The notes beneath the pieces were generated by a model. That model saw only the letters and a program-made list of their open reading frames with translations, was not told the DNA's origin and did not search any database. The translations under genes were made by a program, and so were the position numbers. Below, piece by piece: positions 10,075 to 18,531 of a stretch of DNA of 64,000 nt. How positions within the stretch are numbered: the first letter of the stretch is position 1; the number at the start of each line of letters is the position of its first letter. The stretch covers positions 21,998 to 85,997 of the forward strand of contig JAYWCB010000012.1 of assembly GCA_043780835.1 (NCBI GenBank). The letters are read 5' to 3'. Origin of the DNA: Minisyncoccota bacterium (lineage in GTDB: Bacteria; Patescibacteriota; Minisyncoccia; Phycocordibacterales; UBA2100).

Positions 10075-10611
10075 TTACTGCTTCACCAATTCAGCAAAAC
10101 GCTTTTTAATCTTCTCGATTTTTGGCTCGATGATAATCCGGCAATATGGCGCGTCCGCATTCATTTCATAGTAGTTTGCGTGGTATTGCTCAGCCGGAAA
10201 GAAATCTTCGTATGGCACAATCTGCGTAACGACATGCGACCCATCGGTGAGTGAGTCCTGAATTTCTTTTGCAACACGCTCGACAATCGCTTTTTCAGCG
10301 TCGTCATTGTAGTAAATAACGGATCGATACTGCGTGCCCACATCATTACCCTGTCTATTGAGCGTTGTCGGGTCATGGGAACCGAAAAATACCGTCAATA
10401 AATCCTCGTACGTAATGATTGCGGGATCATATGTGACGCGAATCACTTCGGCGTGACCTGTTGAGCCACCACTTACCTGCTCATAGCTTGGATTCTCTTT
10501 CTCACCGCCAGCGTAACCGGACTCCACTTTCGCGACGCCTTTTAACATCTGAAATACCGCTTCTGTGCACCAGAAGCATCCCCCGCCGAATACCGTTGTT
10601 TTTTCACTCAT
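10075..10611 (-). CDS. msrA: Peptide-methionine (S)-S-oxide reductase
   Basis: GGGCFWCTE, GHAEV, HDPTTLNRQGNDVGTQYRS, AEQYH. Confidence 0.97.
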   Translation of the reverse strand: MSEKTTVFGGGCFWCTEAVFQMLKGVAKVESGYAGGEKENPSYEQVSGGSTGHAEVIRVTYDPAIITYEDLLTVFFGSHDPTTLNRQGNDVGTQYRSVIYYNDDAEKAIVERVAKEIQDSLTDGSHVVTQIVPYEDFFPAEQYHANYYEMNADAPYCRIIIEPKIEKIKKRFAELVKQ

Positions 10612-10649
10612 GTCTCGAGTATATCAAATGAGCACCCGAGAGCCGACGG

Positions 10650-10934
10650 CTAGTCTCCCTCGTGAAAATCAACCACTTCAACCTCTTGCGCTAATCCTTT
10701 TTGGATAAGCCAGGTAGCAAACTCTGCGTGCCGCACATCTCCAATCAGTGAATCCTCTCCGCTGGGCACTTCACTTTCGAATTGCTTTTTAGCCTCTTTC
10801 ACATCAAATTCTTTCTCTATCTGAACCAGCTTCTCACCATTTGCCTCTCCAAAATAACTACTTCTCAATAAAAGAATCTTGGTCTTACCGATCTTTTCTG
10901 CACTTTCGTGTTTTTTTGAAGGAAATTGTTCCAT
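10650..10934 (-). CDS. Hypothetical acidic protein
   Basis: 94-aa ORF filling the lysS-msrA gap, TGATATAAT box 8 nt before ATG. Confidence 0.7.
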   Translation of the reverse strand: MEQFPSKKHESAEKIGKTKILLLRSSYFGEANGEKLVQIEKEFDVKEAKKQFESEVPSGEDSLIGDVRHAEFATWLIQKGLAQEVEVVDFHEGD

Positions 10935-10948
10935 ATTTGAGCATTATA

Positions 10949-12403
10949 TCAGTCTTTAGGTCGCAGCAAGGGAAAAATCTGCGCCTCGTGTGCTGGGCGG
11001 TTTTCGAGGAACGAGAAGAGGCGCTCGGACAGGCCGAAGCCGAAGCTTGGTGGCATGCCGTATTCCATGGCGCGCACGTAATCTTCGTCCAATCGCTGCG
11101 CTTCGTCGTCACCTGCATCACGGAGTTTTTGTTGATCTTCAAAACGAGCTCGCTGATCCTGCGGATCGTTTAGTTCCGAAAATCCCTTTCCCATCTCAGA
11201 TCCTGCAAGTACCACCTGAAAGCGCTCCACGACGTCCGGCTGACCTGCAACACGCTTTGCGAGCGGCTCAAGATATACAGGCACGCCAACGAGGAATGCT
11301 GGCCCAGATACTGACTTGCGAATGAGCTTCCATAAACCATCTACCGCACGTGCTTTGTTTGGGGTATCACCAAACACCACGCCGGCAATCTTTGCCGCCT
11401 GTACCGCGTCTTCTTCGGTGCATGAAAGCGCATTGATGTCGTATTCTTTTTGAATGACGCTCACAAAATCGATGATGTCCCAATTGTCGGCGAGATCCAC
11501 AGTGTGAGTATTGATCTCAAACGTGTATTTTCCGTACACATTCTTTGCAATGGTTCGGTAGAGCTCCTGAATGAATACCATACCGTCGCGCATGTCTTTG
11601 TACGCTTCATACGATTCGAGCTGCGTGTAATCCTGTAAATGCTCGCGCGACTGGCCCTCGTTGCGAAAAATACGCCCGATTTCAAATACCTTCGGGTAAC
11701 CGGCCACTAAGAGTCGCTTGAGCCACAGTTCAAGGGAAATTCGAAGCGACACATCGATATCGAGTGCGTTGTGATGCGTTTCAAACGGGCGCGCATCTGC
11801 TCCTCCTGGCGTCGACTCAAGAATCGGAGTTTCAACTTCGAGGAACCCTCGGTCTATATAAAAATTTCGAATCGTTTGCCAAAACTTCGCACGTCGTATA
11901 AACATCGCGCGCACGTCTTCGTTGAGAAGCACATCCAGGTAGCGCTGACGCAATATGAGCTCTTCGTCTTTTAATCCGTACCAGCTGTCCGGAATCGGCA
12001 GGAGGGATTTTGCGGCCATGCGCCACGATTTTACTTTGACAGAGCGTGCGCCACGCTTTGTTGTATAAGCGGCACCGGTTACTTCGATAAAGTCGCCCGT
12101 ATCGACAGTCTGTTCGTAGAGTGCAAACAGTGCCTCGTCCATGTCATCTTTTTGGAGCACCGCTTGCACTCGCGCAGTGCCGTCGTCGATATCGGCGAAC
12201 ATAATTCCTCCCTGACCGCGCGACGCCATTACGCGACCTACGAGCGTCACAGGCTCCGCATTCGATTCCCTTTCCGCAAATATTTCTATAAAGAGCGCAA
12301 TTGTTGCAGTCGGTTCTACTTTTGAAGGATACGGATCCATTCCCACGCTTTTCAAGCGGTCTATTTTTTTGAGCCTGTCGGCCCGGATATCCGCCTCGGA
12401 CAT
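10949..12403 (-). CDS. lysS: Lysine--tRNA ligase (class II)
   Basis: OB-fold anticodon domain, RQRYLD, LEVETP, GGADARPF.THHNALD, FRNEG, YGMPP..GFG; start MSEADIR at 12403. Confidence 0.96.
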   Translation of the reverse strand: MSEADIRADRLKKIDRLKSVGMDPYPSKVEPTATIALFIEIFAERESNAEPVTLVGRVMASRGQGGIMFADIDDGTARVQAVLQKDDMDEALFALYEQTVDTGDFIEVTGAAYTTKRGARSVKVKSWRMAAKSLLPIPDSWYGLKDEELILRQRYLDVLLNEDVRAMFIRRAKFWQTIRNFYIDRGFLEVETPILESTPGGADARPFETHHNALDIDVSLRISLELWLKRLLVAGYPKVFEIGRIFRNEGQSREHLQDYTQLESYEAYKDMRDGMVFIQELYRTIAKNVYGKYTFEINTHTVDLADNWDIIDFVSVIQKEYDINALSCTEEDAVQAAKIAGVVFGDTPNKARAVDGLWKLIRKSVSGPAFLVGVPVYLEPLAKRVAGQPDVVERFQVVLAGSEMGKGFSELNDPQDQRARFEDQQKLRDAGDDEAQRLDEDYVRAMEYGMPPSFGFGLSERLFSFLENRPAHEAQIFPLLRPKD

Positions 12404-12495
12404 GAGCGGCATCATACCATGCGTCATTTGATGCACTTGAGAATTGAGAGCCGTGGACGTAGCGAATGAGTCGTGTCATGCTGCATCGCAACGAT

Positions 12496-13215
12496 ATGTT
12501 ACTTGCACTCATAGCTGTTGCCACCGCTACATCGACAATGCTCGGTGGTGCGTTCGCCCTGCGTTACAGCGATAAATTGCATCTTATTCTCGGTTTTAGT
12601 GCCGGTGCGGTTATCGGAGTTGCATTTTTTGATCTGTTGCCGGAGGCGGTTGAACTGTCCAACGGCACGTTCAGCACATCGTATGTTACGTCGATTGTAG
12701 CGTTCGCGTTTTTGTTTTATTTGTTTCTCGATCGCTTTGTTGTGCTCCACTCGCATGCAGTCGACTCGACGGAACACGCACAGCGAGGCATTCTTGGCGC
12801 GGGCTCCCTATCCATACACAGTTTTCTTGATGGAATCGGCATCGGCTTCGCGTTCCAAGTATCTCCTGCTGTCGGCGCAATCGTCGCAATTGCCGTGCTC
12901 ACGCACGATTTTTCAGACGGACTCAATACGGTCAATATGATACTAAAAAATGGCGGCACGAAGGCAAACGCGTTTCGCTGGCTTATAGTTGATGCTATCG
13001 CGCCAATTGTAGGCATTATTGCGACACTGTTTTTTACGGTCTCGCAATCAACGCTCTCAATAATTCTTGCCGCATTCTGTGGCTTTTTCCTTTATATTGG
13101 TGCGTCAGATCTGCTTCCGGAAAGCCACCATCAACATCCCACTATTTGGACCAGCGTTCTGACAGCGGGCGGAATCTTTGTAATGTATGCCGCGATAAGG
13201 TTGGCACACTTTTAA
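12496..13215 (+). CDS. ZIP family metal transporter
   Basis: GFSAGAVIGVAFFDLLPEA, HSH loop, IHSFLDG, THDFSDG, DLLPE; multiple TM helices. Confidence 0.9.
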   Translation: MLLALIAVATATSTMLGGAFALRYSDKLHLILGFSAGAVIGVAFFDLLPEAVELSNGTFSTSYVTSIVAFAFLFYLFLDRFVVLHSHAVDSTEHAQRGILGAGSLSIHSFLDGIGIGFAFQVSPAVGAIVAIAVLTHDFSDGLNTVNMILKNGGTKANAFRWLIVDAIAPIVGIIATLFFTVSQSTLSIILAAFCGFFLYIGASDLLPESHHQHPTIWTSVLTAGGIFVMYAAIRLAHF

Positions 13216-13794
13216 CTACCAAATAACACCTGTTTTGCCGGCTGCGAATCGCGCACCGAGCCACGTGGCGATCAAGCTCGAGAACAGTATGAGCACCCAC
13301 GCGCCGCCTATAAATGCCTGCATATTCCATATGCGTTCTTCCGTTTCCCGCATATTGCGTCCGGAAAGCACGTAGCCGTCGGTTTTTATGATGTGAACAA
13401 CAACAAGAGCGGAACGAATGTCTGTGCCGGGTTGCCAAGAAACACGATTTTCCCCGGAACCGTCTCGGGATGCTTTTGCATTTTCAAATACACCTTTCGG
13501 CGGCACGGGCGCTTTGTTTTCGAGTACACCGGTCCATACAATTGGATTTAAATCTTTGTCGTACACAACCGTGTACGGGCGCAAGCTTGTCGCAATATCA
13601 ATTTTGGAACTCGACGCAAAAAGCTGTGCGGGTTTTACACCATTTTCGATGGCCGCGGCAGTATCTTCGGCAATTTGTACTTGCGGGTCATTCAATGATT
13701 GACGATACAACTGCTGAACCGTTCCAAACGAGACCGCGCACAGGCCCGTTATGACAATCGCTATGGGCAACCAGATACGAAGAAACCAATCCAT
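13216..13794 (-). CDS. Membrane protein with two TM helices and an extracytoplasmic domain
   Basis: QQLYRQSLNDPQVQIAED, SLRPYTVVYD, ENRVSWQP; hydrophobic ends. Confidence 0.75.
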   Translation of the reverse strand: MDWFLRIWLPIAIVITGLCAVSFGTVQQLYRQSLNDPQVQIAEDTAAAIENGVKPAQLFASSSKIDIATSLRPYTVVYDKDLNPIVWTGVLENKAPVPPKGVFENAKASRDGSGENRVSWQPGTDIRSALVVVHIIKTDGYVLSGRNMRETEERIWNMQAFIGGAWVLILFSSLIATWLGARFAAGKTGVIW

Positions 13795-13823
13795 GGATTC
13801 AGAATACACCGCGGGAGAGGAGT

Positions 13824-14738
13824 TTACACAACCTTCTTTGCAGGGTCGAATAAGAGCTTCAAAATAGCCATACGAATCATGACCCCGTATCCTACTTGTT
13901 TGAAATACACAGCGTGGGGCGAATCATCAACCTCCGGAGTTATTTCGCCGACACGCGGCAACGGATGGATGATAATGGCACCGTCTTTCATTGAATCAGC
14001 GAGTGGCTTGTCGATCACGTATTGTCCTCGTGTTCGCTCGTATGAAGACGGAGAAAGCCGTTCTTTCTGTATTCGCGTTTGGTAAATCACGTCGGCATTT
14101 TTCATGGCATCGGAAAGAGAATCTGTTTCCAGATAGGTGACTCCGTTTTCAAGAAGATATGATTTCAATTCATCCGTCATCGTGAGTTCGGGCATCGATA
14201 CTCCCGTTATCGTAACGTTTTTGAACTTACTGAGAAGATATGACAGCGAACGGGCTGACCGGTAGTATCGCAAATCGCCAATAATGGCTACGTGCGCGCC
14301 GTCGATGCGCCCGAATTCGCGCTCTATCGTGTAAAGATCAAGCAGTGCCTGTGTGGGATGCTGCCCTGAACCGTCACCGGCATTGATGATCGGCACTTGC
14401 GAAACTGCGGCCGCGCGCTCGGCGGTGCCAATCTCAGGATGACGTATCACAATAGCGTCGGCATAGTTTTTGAGCACGCGAATCGTATCTTCGAGCGTCT
14501 CACCTTTTACGGCACTGGACATTTCGTTGGCATTCTCAGCGGTGATGACATGCCCGCCAAGACGAAACATTGCTGATTCAAACGAAAACCGCGTACGCGT
14601 GCTCGGTTCGTAAAACAGGGTCGCAAGAATCCTGCCGTGCAATGAATCATCGCGGTGACCTTCCATTGCCGTCGCGAGCTCAAAAAGATCTTTCAACGCG
14701 GCGCGATCGAACTGCTGGGTTTCGAGCAAGTGATGCAT
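13824..14738 (-). CDS. pyrB: Aspartate carbamoyltransferase catalytic subunit
   Basis: FYEPSTRTRFSFE, KGETLEDT, NAGDGSGQHPTQALLD, TRIQKER, HPLPR. Confidence 0.97.
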   Translation of the reverse strand: MHHLLETQQFDRAALKDLFELATAMEGHRDDSLHGRILATLFYEPSTRTRFSFESAMFRLGGHVITAENANEMSSAVKGETLEDTIRVLKNYADAIVIRHPEIGTAERAAAVSQVPIINAGDGSGQHPTQALLDLYTIEREFGRIDGAHVAIIGDLRYYRSARSLSYLLSKFKNVTITGVSMPELTMTDELKSYLLENGVTYLETDSLSDAMKNADVIYQTRIQKERLSPSSYERTRGQYVIDKPLADSMKDGAIIIHPLPRVGEITPEVDDSPHAVYFKQVGYGVMIRMAILKLLFDPAKKVV

Positions 14739-14768
14739 CGTCCAGATTATATACCTCTTTTAAGGACG

Positions 14769-15494
14769 TTATCGGACAGAAAGCACGCTGCTACCAAGGC
14801 GCAGCCAGGATACGATGTGCGCAAAGAGTCCCCTTTTTTGTGGCGCTCCTGTGTTTGGAATCTTTGGAAGCGAAACTGTTCCGACGCGATCCGCTTCGAG
14901 TATGCGGGTTCGGTTATTAAACGTTCCGAAGGCCTTTATAGTTTCTCCAGGCAATAGATCAGCTGCAGCCACCCGATTTCCGTCCTGAGTAATAATTGTG
15001 CCTTGACTGAGTGCGATGGTGGAGGTTCCCGATTCAGTTTGCACCATGAATTCGGATGCCGTACTGCTCAGGAGAGTTCCGTCAAGGATGGTCGCTGCCT
15101 GCACAACACTCTCATTTCGTAGCATATATGCATCAACTGTCGTTTTTTCAGCAAAGGTATTCAATTGTCCAGAAAAGCCGACAGTCTCTCCGATGTGTAT
15201 AAATTCCTTCAGCGGATGCTTTTCAGTGGCGGGAGAAAAACGAGTGCTCCCGGATACGCTTATCTTCCACTGGATCGTAGAAGCTCCCCATGTGGACCGT
15301 GCAATTATTTCTGAATCGGTGACTTCAATGACACGCGCTCCGTGCACGACAGTTTGTCCGTTACCGGCTATTGAAATACCGCCAATAACGTCGGCATTTG
15401 CAGTCAATACCGACATAAAATAAATCATTCCGATGGCCGCTCCGACTCCGAATGCAATAGCGTGCTTAATTTTGTAGGAACGAAATAAATACAT
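14769..15494 (-). CDS. Secreted protein with DUF5666-like beta domains and a C-terminal IPNTG motif
   Basis: Signal peptide (..TANA), two repeats of 'T.I/F..G...DL..GE.V...G' type, ends KIPNTGAPQKRGLFAHIVSWLRLG. Confidence 0.7.
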   Translation of the reverse strand: MYLFRSYKIKHAIAFGVGAAIGMIYFMSVLTANADVIGGISIAGNGQTVVHGARVIEVTDSEIIARSTWGASTIQWKISVSGSTRFSPATEKHPLKEFIHIGETVGFSGQLNTFAEKTTVDAYMLRNESVVQAATILDGTLLSSTASEFMVQTESGTSTIALSQGTIITQDGNRVAAADLLPGETIKAFGTFNNRTRILEADRVGTVSLPKIPNTGAPQKRGLFAHIVSWLRLGSSVLSVR

Positions 15495-15708
15495 ACAGCG
15501 GCGTTATACCTGTTAAGACGAACGAGACACTTTGGAATCTCACTTTAGAGTTTCAATTCGTAAATAAATAAATGAATCAAATGAGTCACCAACATAAAAA
15601 TGCGACCACGACACGTGCTATGCCGAGGTCGCATAATGGCCCCTATTCACTGAAGGTGCCGTGAAGGCACTTCATGGAGCATGCCTATGGAGAAGAACGA
15701 TGCTGTAT

Positions 15709-16059
15709 TCAAGGGCGCCGTCGCCTGATGGTGATTCCCGGAACTCCGGACGGCAAAACCGACGGTTTACGGATGGTGACGGAAATCTCGTTCAGACGCT
15801 CGTCCATGAGAATTCGCTCAGCAATCCGGCTCGCGAGGCGTTCAATAAGGTAATACGATTCTCCCTGGATAACCTCAACGGCAATATCTCGCAAACGCAC
15901 CTAATCAAGCGTGTCATCCACGTTATCGGTGAGCGCGGCATGTTCCGTATCAAACACCGCCTCGATATCAAGAATGAATTCTTGCTCAACATGGCGTTCG
16001 CGCTCGAGCACACCGTGCTTGCCGTGAATCGACAACCCGTTGAGGAAAATCGTATCCAT
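15709..16059 (-). pseudogene. folB: Dihydroneopterin aldolase interrupted by in-frame TAG at codon 53
   Basis: MDTIFLNGLSIHGKHGVLERERHVEQEFILDI...DDTLD*VRLRD...YLIERLASRIA...VTIRKP; TAG at 15901-15903, both halves in one frame. Confidence 0.88.
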
Positions 16060-16064
16060 AAAAC

Positions 16065-17303
16065 CTACAGTGCGAATTGGCCTTTTTTGTAGATCACGAC
16101 CTGTTTGCCGTTCTTGAGATGCGCCGTTACCGTACGATCGGTCGTTGAAATCATGTCTGTATGTACCGAGGAATCGTTAAAGCCAAGTTTTTGTGCTTCT
16201 TTAGTCGAAAGCTTGCTCACATCTCCAGCGTACGTGTCGCGATAGGACATACCGACCGCAATATGAGAATTCCCAAATGGACCGCCCATGTTTTCGTCGA
16301 ACAGCGTTTCCGCCATAAATTTTGTGATGCGCGAGTGCCGCTTATCGGTGAGTGAGTATTCCCCCACCTTATTGGCATCTTTTGTAGCAATCATTTCTTG
16401 CAACAGCTTTTCATTTTTGGTGGCCGTTGCCTTTACGCACAAGCCGTCTTTGAACCAGAGCTGAATGCCTTCTACCTTGCTGCCGTAACGATAGAGCGGT
16501 TGATTGAATCGGATCCACCCGTTGGTGCCGCGCCAGTCCGGTGATGTAAATATCTCAAACGAAGGAATATTGCGTCCTGAACCAGCCAACCACGACCGTT
16601 TTTCGCCCAAAGTAATCCATAGATCCATGTCCTCTCCAACGGCATGCAGTTTGTCGATCTGCGGTGAAAGCTTGTTGAGTTTGGAGCGGAAGGTGTCGAT
16701 CTCTTTATACACTTCTTTCCACTTTTTGATCGGATCTTTTTCGTCAAGGAAACAGGCCTTCACGATCTGATTCCAATACTTTTTTTCCGAAAGTCCGGCT
16801 TCCTTTGCCATTGCCGGTGTTCCGTAGAGACAGATGGTCCAGGTAAATTTATTGTTCCATTCTTTTTGGTTGAGCCAATCCTTATACGGCTTCATCGCTA
16901 CACCTCGGCGCATAATCTTTTTCGGATCAACGCCTTTCAGTGCATGCGGATCGGCATCCGAGAACACATAGAGCGAATGATCGATTTGCTCGGCGATTCC
17001 TTTCAAGTATTTTGCCGGAAAAAAGTCGAGCTGGTGATCTTTGGCATTATCGTAAAAATACCGCGTAAAACTTTCCGCGCGGCGTTTATCGCCCTGTTCA
17101 TCGTCCGGTGAATAATTAGAAATAACGTGCCCGCCACTTTTTACGATTGCATTGCAAATTGCGGTAAAAAGTGGTTTGCCGCTTTCGGTGCCCGAAACCC
17201 GAACAACCTCTCCTTTTTTAATTCCTTTGCCGCCTCCAAGCGCAAAATTAACCATTACGTCGGCGTATTTTTCTAAAATTTCTTTTGGTGGTGTATATGA
17301 CAT
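16065..17303 (-). CDS. Aminopeptidase, M29 (AmpS/AmpT) family
   Basis: NIPSFEIFTSP, GEYSL, LFDENMGG..SHIAVG.SY, NDSSVHTD; start MSYTPP. Confidence 0.93.
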   Translation of the reverse strand: MSYTPPKEILEKYADVMVNFALGGGKGIKKGEVVRVSGTESGKPLFTAICNAIVKSGGHVISNYSPDDEQGDKRRAESFTRYFYDNAKDHQLDFFPAKYLKGIAEQIDHSLYVFSDADPHALKGVDPKKIMRRGVAMKPYKDWLNQKEWNNKFTWTICLYGTPAMAKEAGLSEKKYWNQIVKACFLDEKDPIKKWKEVYKEIDTFRSKLNKLSPQIDKLHAVGEDMDLWITLGEKRSWLAGSGRNIPSFEIFTSPDWRGTNGWIRFNQPLYRYGSKVEGIQLWFKDGLCVKATATKNEKLLQEMIATKDANKVGEYSLTDKRHSRITKFMAETLFDENMGGPFGNSHIAVGMSYRDTYAGDVSKLSTKEAQKLGFNDSSVHTDMISTTDRTVTAHLKNGKQVVIYKKGQFAL

Positions 17304-17346
17304 CAGGTGAGCGTACTTGCTCACGATGCATTTGTCTAGAAAATGC

Positions 17347-18018
17347 CTATGAACTGAATTCGTCAGCAAAGAATGAGTACATTTGGTGTATCAGTTGTAT
17401 TCGGTTTTCAGGCGTGAGTGACGACGTGTTAATTTCTTTTGCAATACGCGCATCAAAGCGCGAGCGTATATCAGATCGGATTCCCGCCATACCCGCATAC
17501 CAGGGGTACGTGACGGTGGTTTTACCAGAAACATATGCTTCTCCGATCACGGGTACTGACATTTGTACCAGCTTGAAGATAATTCCACGCTTGAGATATG
17601 TCACTCGCACATGCGAATCGGACGCTTCAATTGCTTGCAGATTGCCATCGTTTTGCAATAGGTGACCTATATATTCACTCACATCTATATCGGTTTGAAT
17701 GGATCCATGAACGAGCGAATCAGTTGGTATCGTTGTGCTTGCTTTGTTCGTCATAGAACGCGCATGAACAACCGAAAAATCGGGGTTTACTTTGTTACTT
17801 ATATACGCTGATTGCGCTGCAACCGGAGCACTCGGCGAGCTTTTGTCTCCTAATATACTTTGAACCATGTGACTCAGTCCTGTGCCGAGACCACCGACAT
17901 GAACCGCCGCGCTCGTTGTAGCTGAAGCCGTCACGGCACTATCCGCAGATACCGAAGTTACAGAAATAGCAACGAATATAATTGAAAAAAATCCAGCTAT
18001 GACGGTTCGTTTTCTCAT
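17347..18018 (-). CDS. Secreted hypothetical protein
   Basis: Signal peptide (..SVSA), Ser/Thr-rich segments, TATACT 7 nt before ATG. Confidence 0.75.
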   Translation of the reverse strand: MRKRTVIAGFFSIIFVAISVTSVSADSAVTASATTSAAVHVGGLGTGLSHMVQSILGDKSSPSAPVAAQSAYISNKVNPDFSVVHARSMTNKASTTIPTDSLVHGSIQTDIDVSEYIGHLLQNDGNLQAIEASDSHVRVTYLKRGIIFKLVQMSVPVIGEAYVSGKTTVTYPWYAGMAGIRSDIRSRFDARIAKEINTSSLTPENRIQLIHQMYSFFADEFSS

Positions 18019-18136
18019 ATGTGCAAGTATACCCTGAAGGGCTATTAATTACTCCCAGCCTCTCAGTAGAGTCCCGTGGACTCGTCGATTGAAAGTTAAA
18101 GAGCTACCGTAGAGACGGTAGGAACTGGTGTTTCTT

Positions 18137-18409
18137 TCAAAGAGCTAAGAGATCGAGACTCCAGGAATCAACAGCGGCATACAGTGGAGAAGCATTATTT
18201 ATAGCCGTAATTACATCTGCGTAGGTGGCTTCGTCGCATGCAAATTCAATGCGCTCCTCATCCACTACCTGGAGCGCATCGCTGTAGCCGGCAGCGGAAT
18301 GATTCGTCGTTGCGGAATAGTTTCCAATTCGGCCTGCTCCCGATAGCGCGATCGCATCTTTTACAACGTGGGCTTCAGGTGCCGAAACATATACAACTAC
18401 TTTTCTCAT
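18137..18409 (-). CDS. Small PII-like protein resembling the NIF3/YqfO insertion domain
   Basis: KVVVYV..PEAHVVKDAI..SGAGRIGNYS ... VDEERIEF..; central loop looks shorter than usual. Confidence 0.7.
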   Translation of the reverse strand: MRKVVVYVSAPEAHVVKDAIALSGAGRIGNYSATTNHSAAGYSDALQVVDEERIEFACDEATYADVITAINNASPLYAAVDSWSLDLLAL

Positions 18410-18531
18410 GTGCGCGAATTCTTTCATTTCGTAACGAAGATTTGATGAAGAAAGTACTTTCTAAAATTATTCATGCAAGTGAGATGCAACCAATAAGGAT
18501 TGGCAGCCGGTATGAAGAGAAAAGTACTGAT

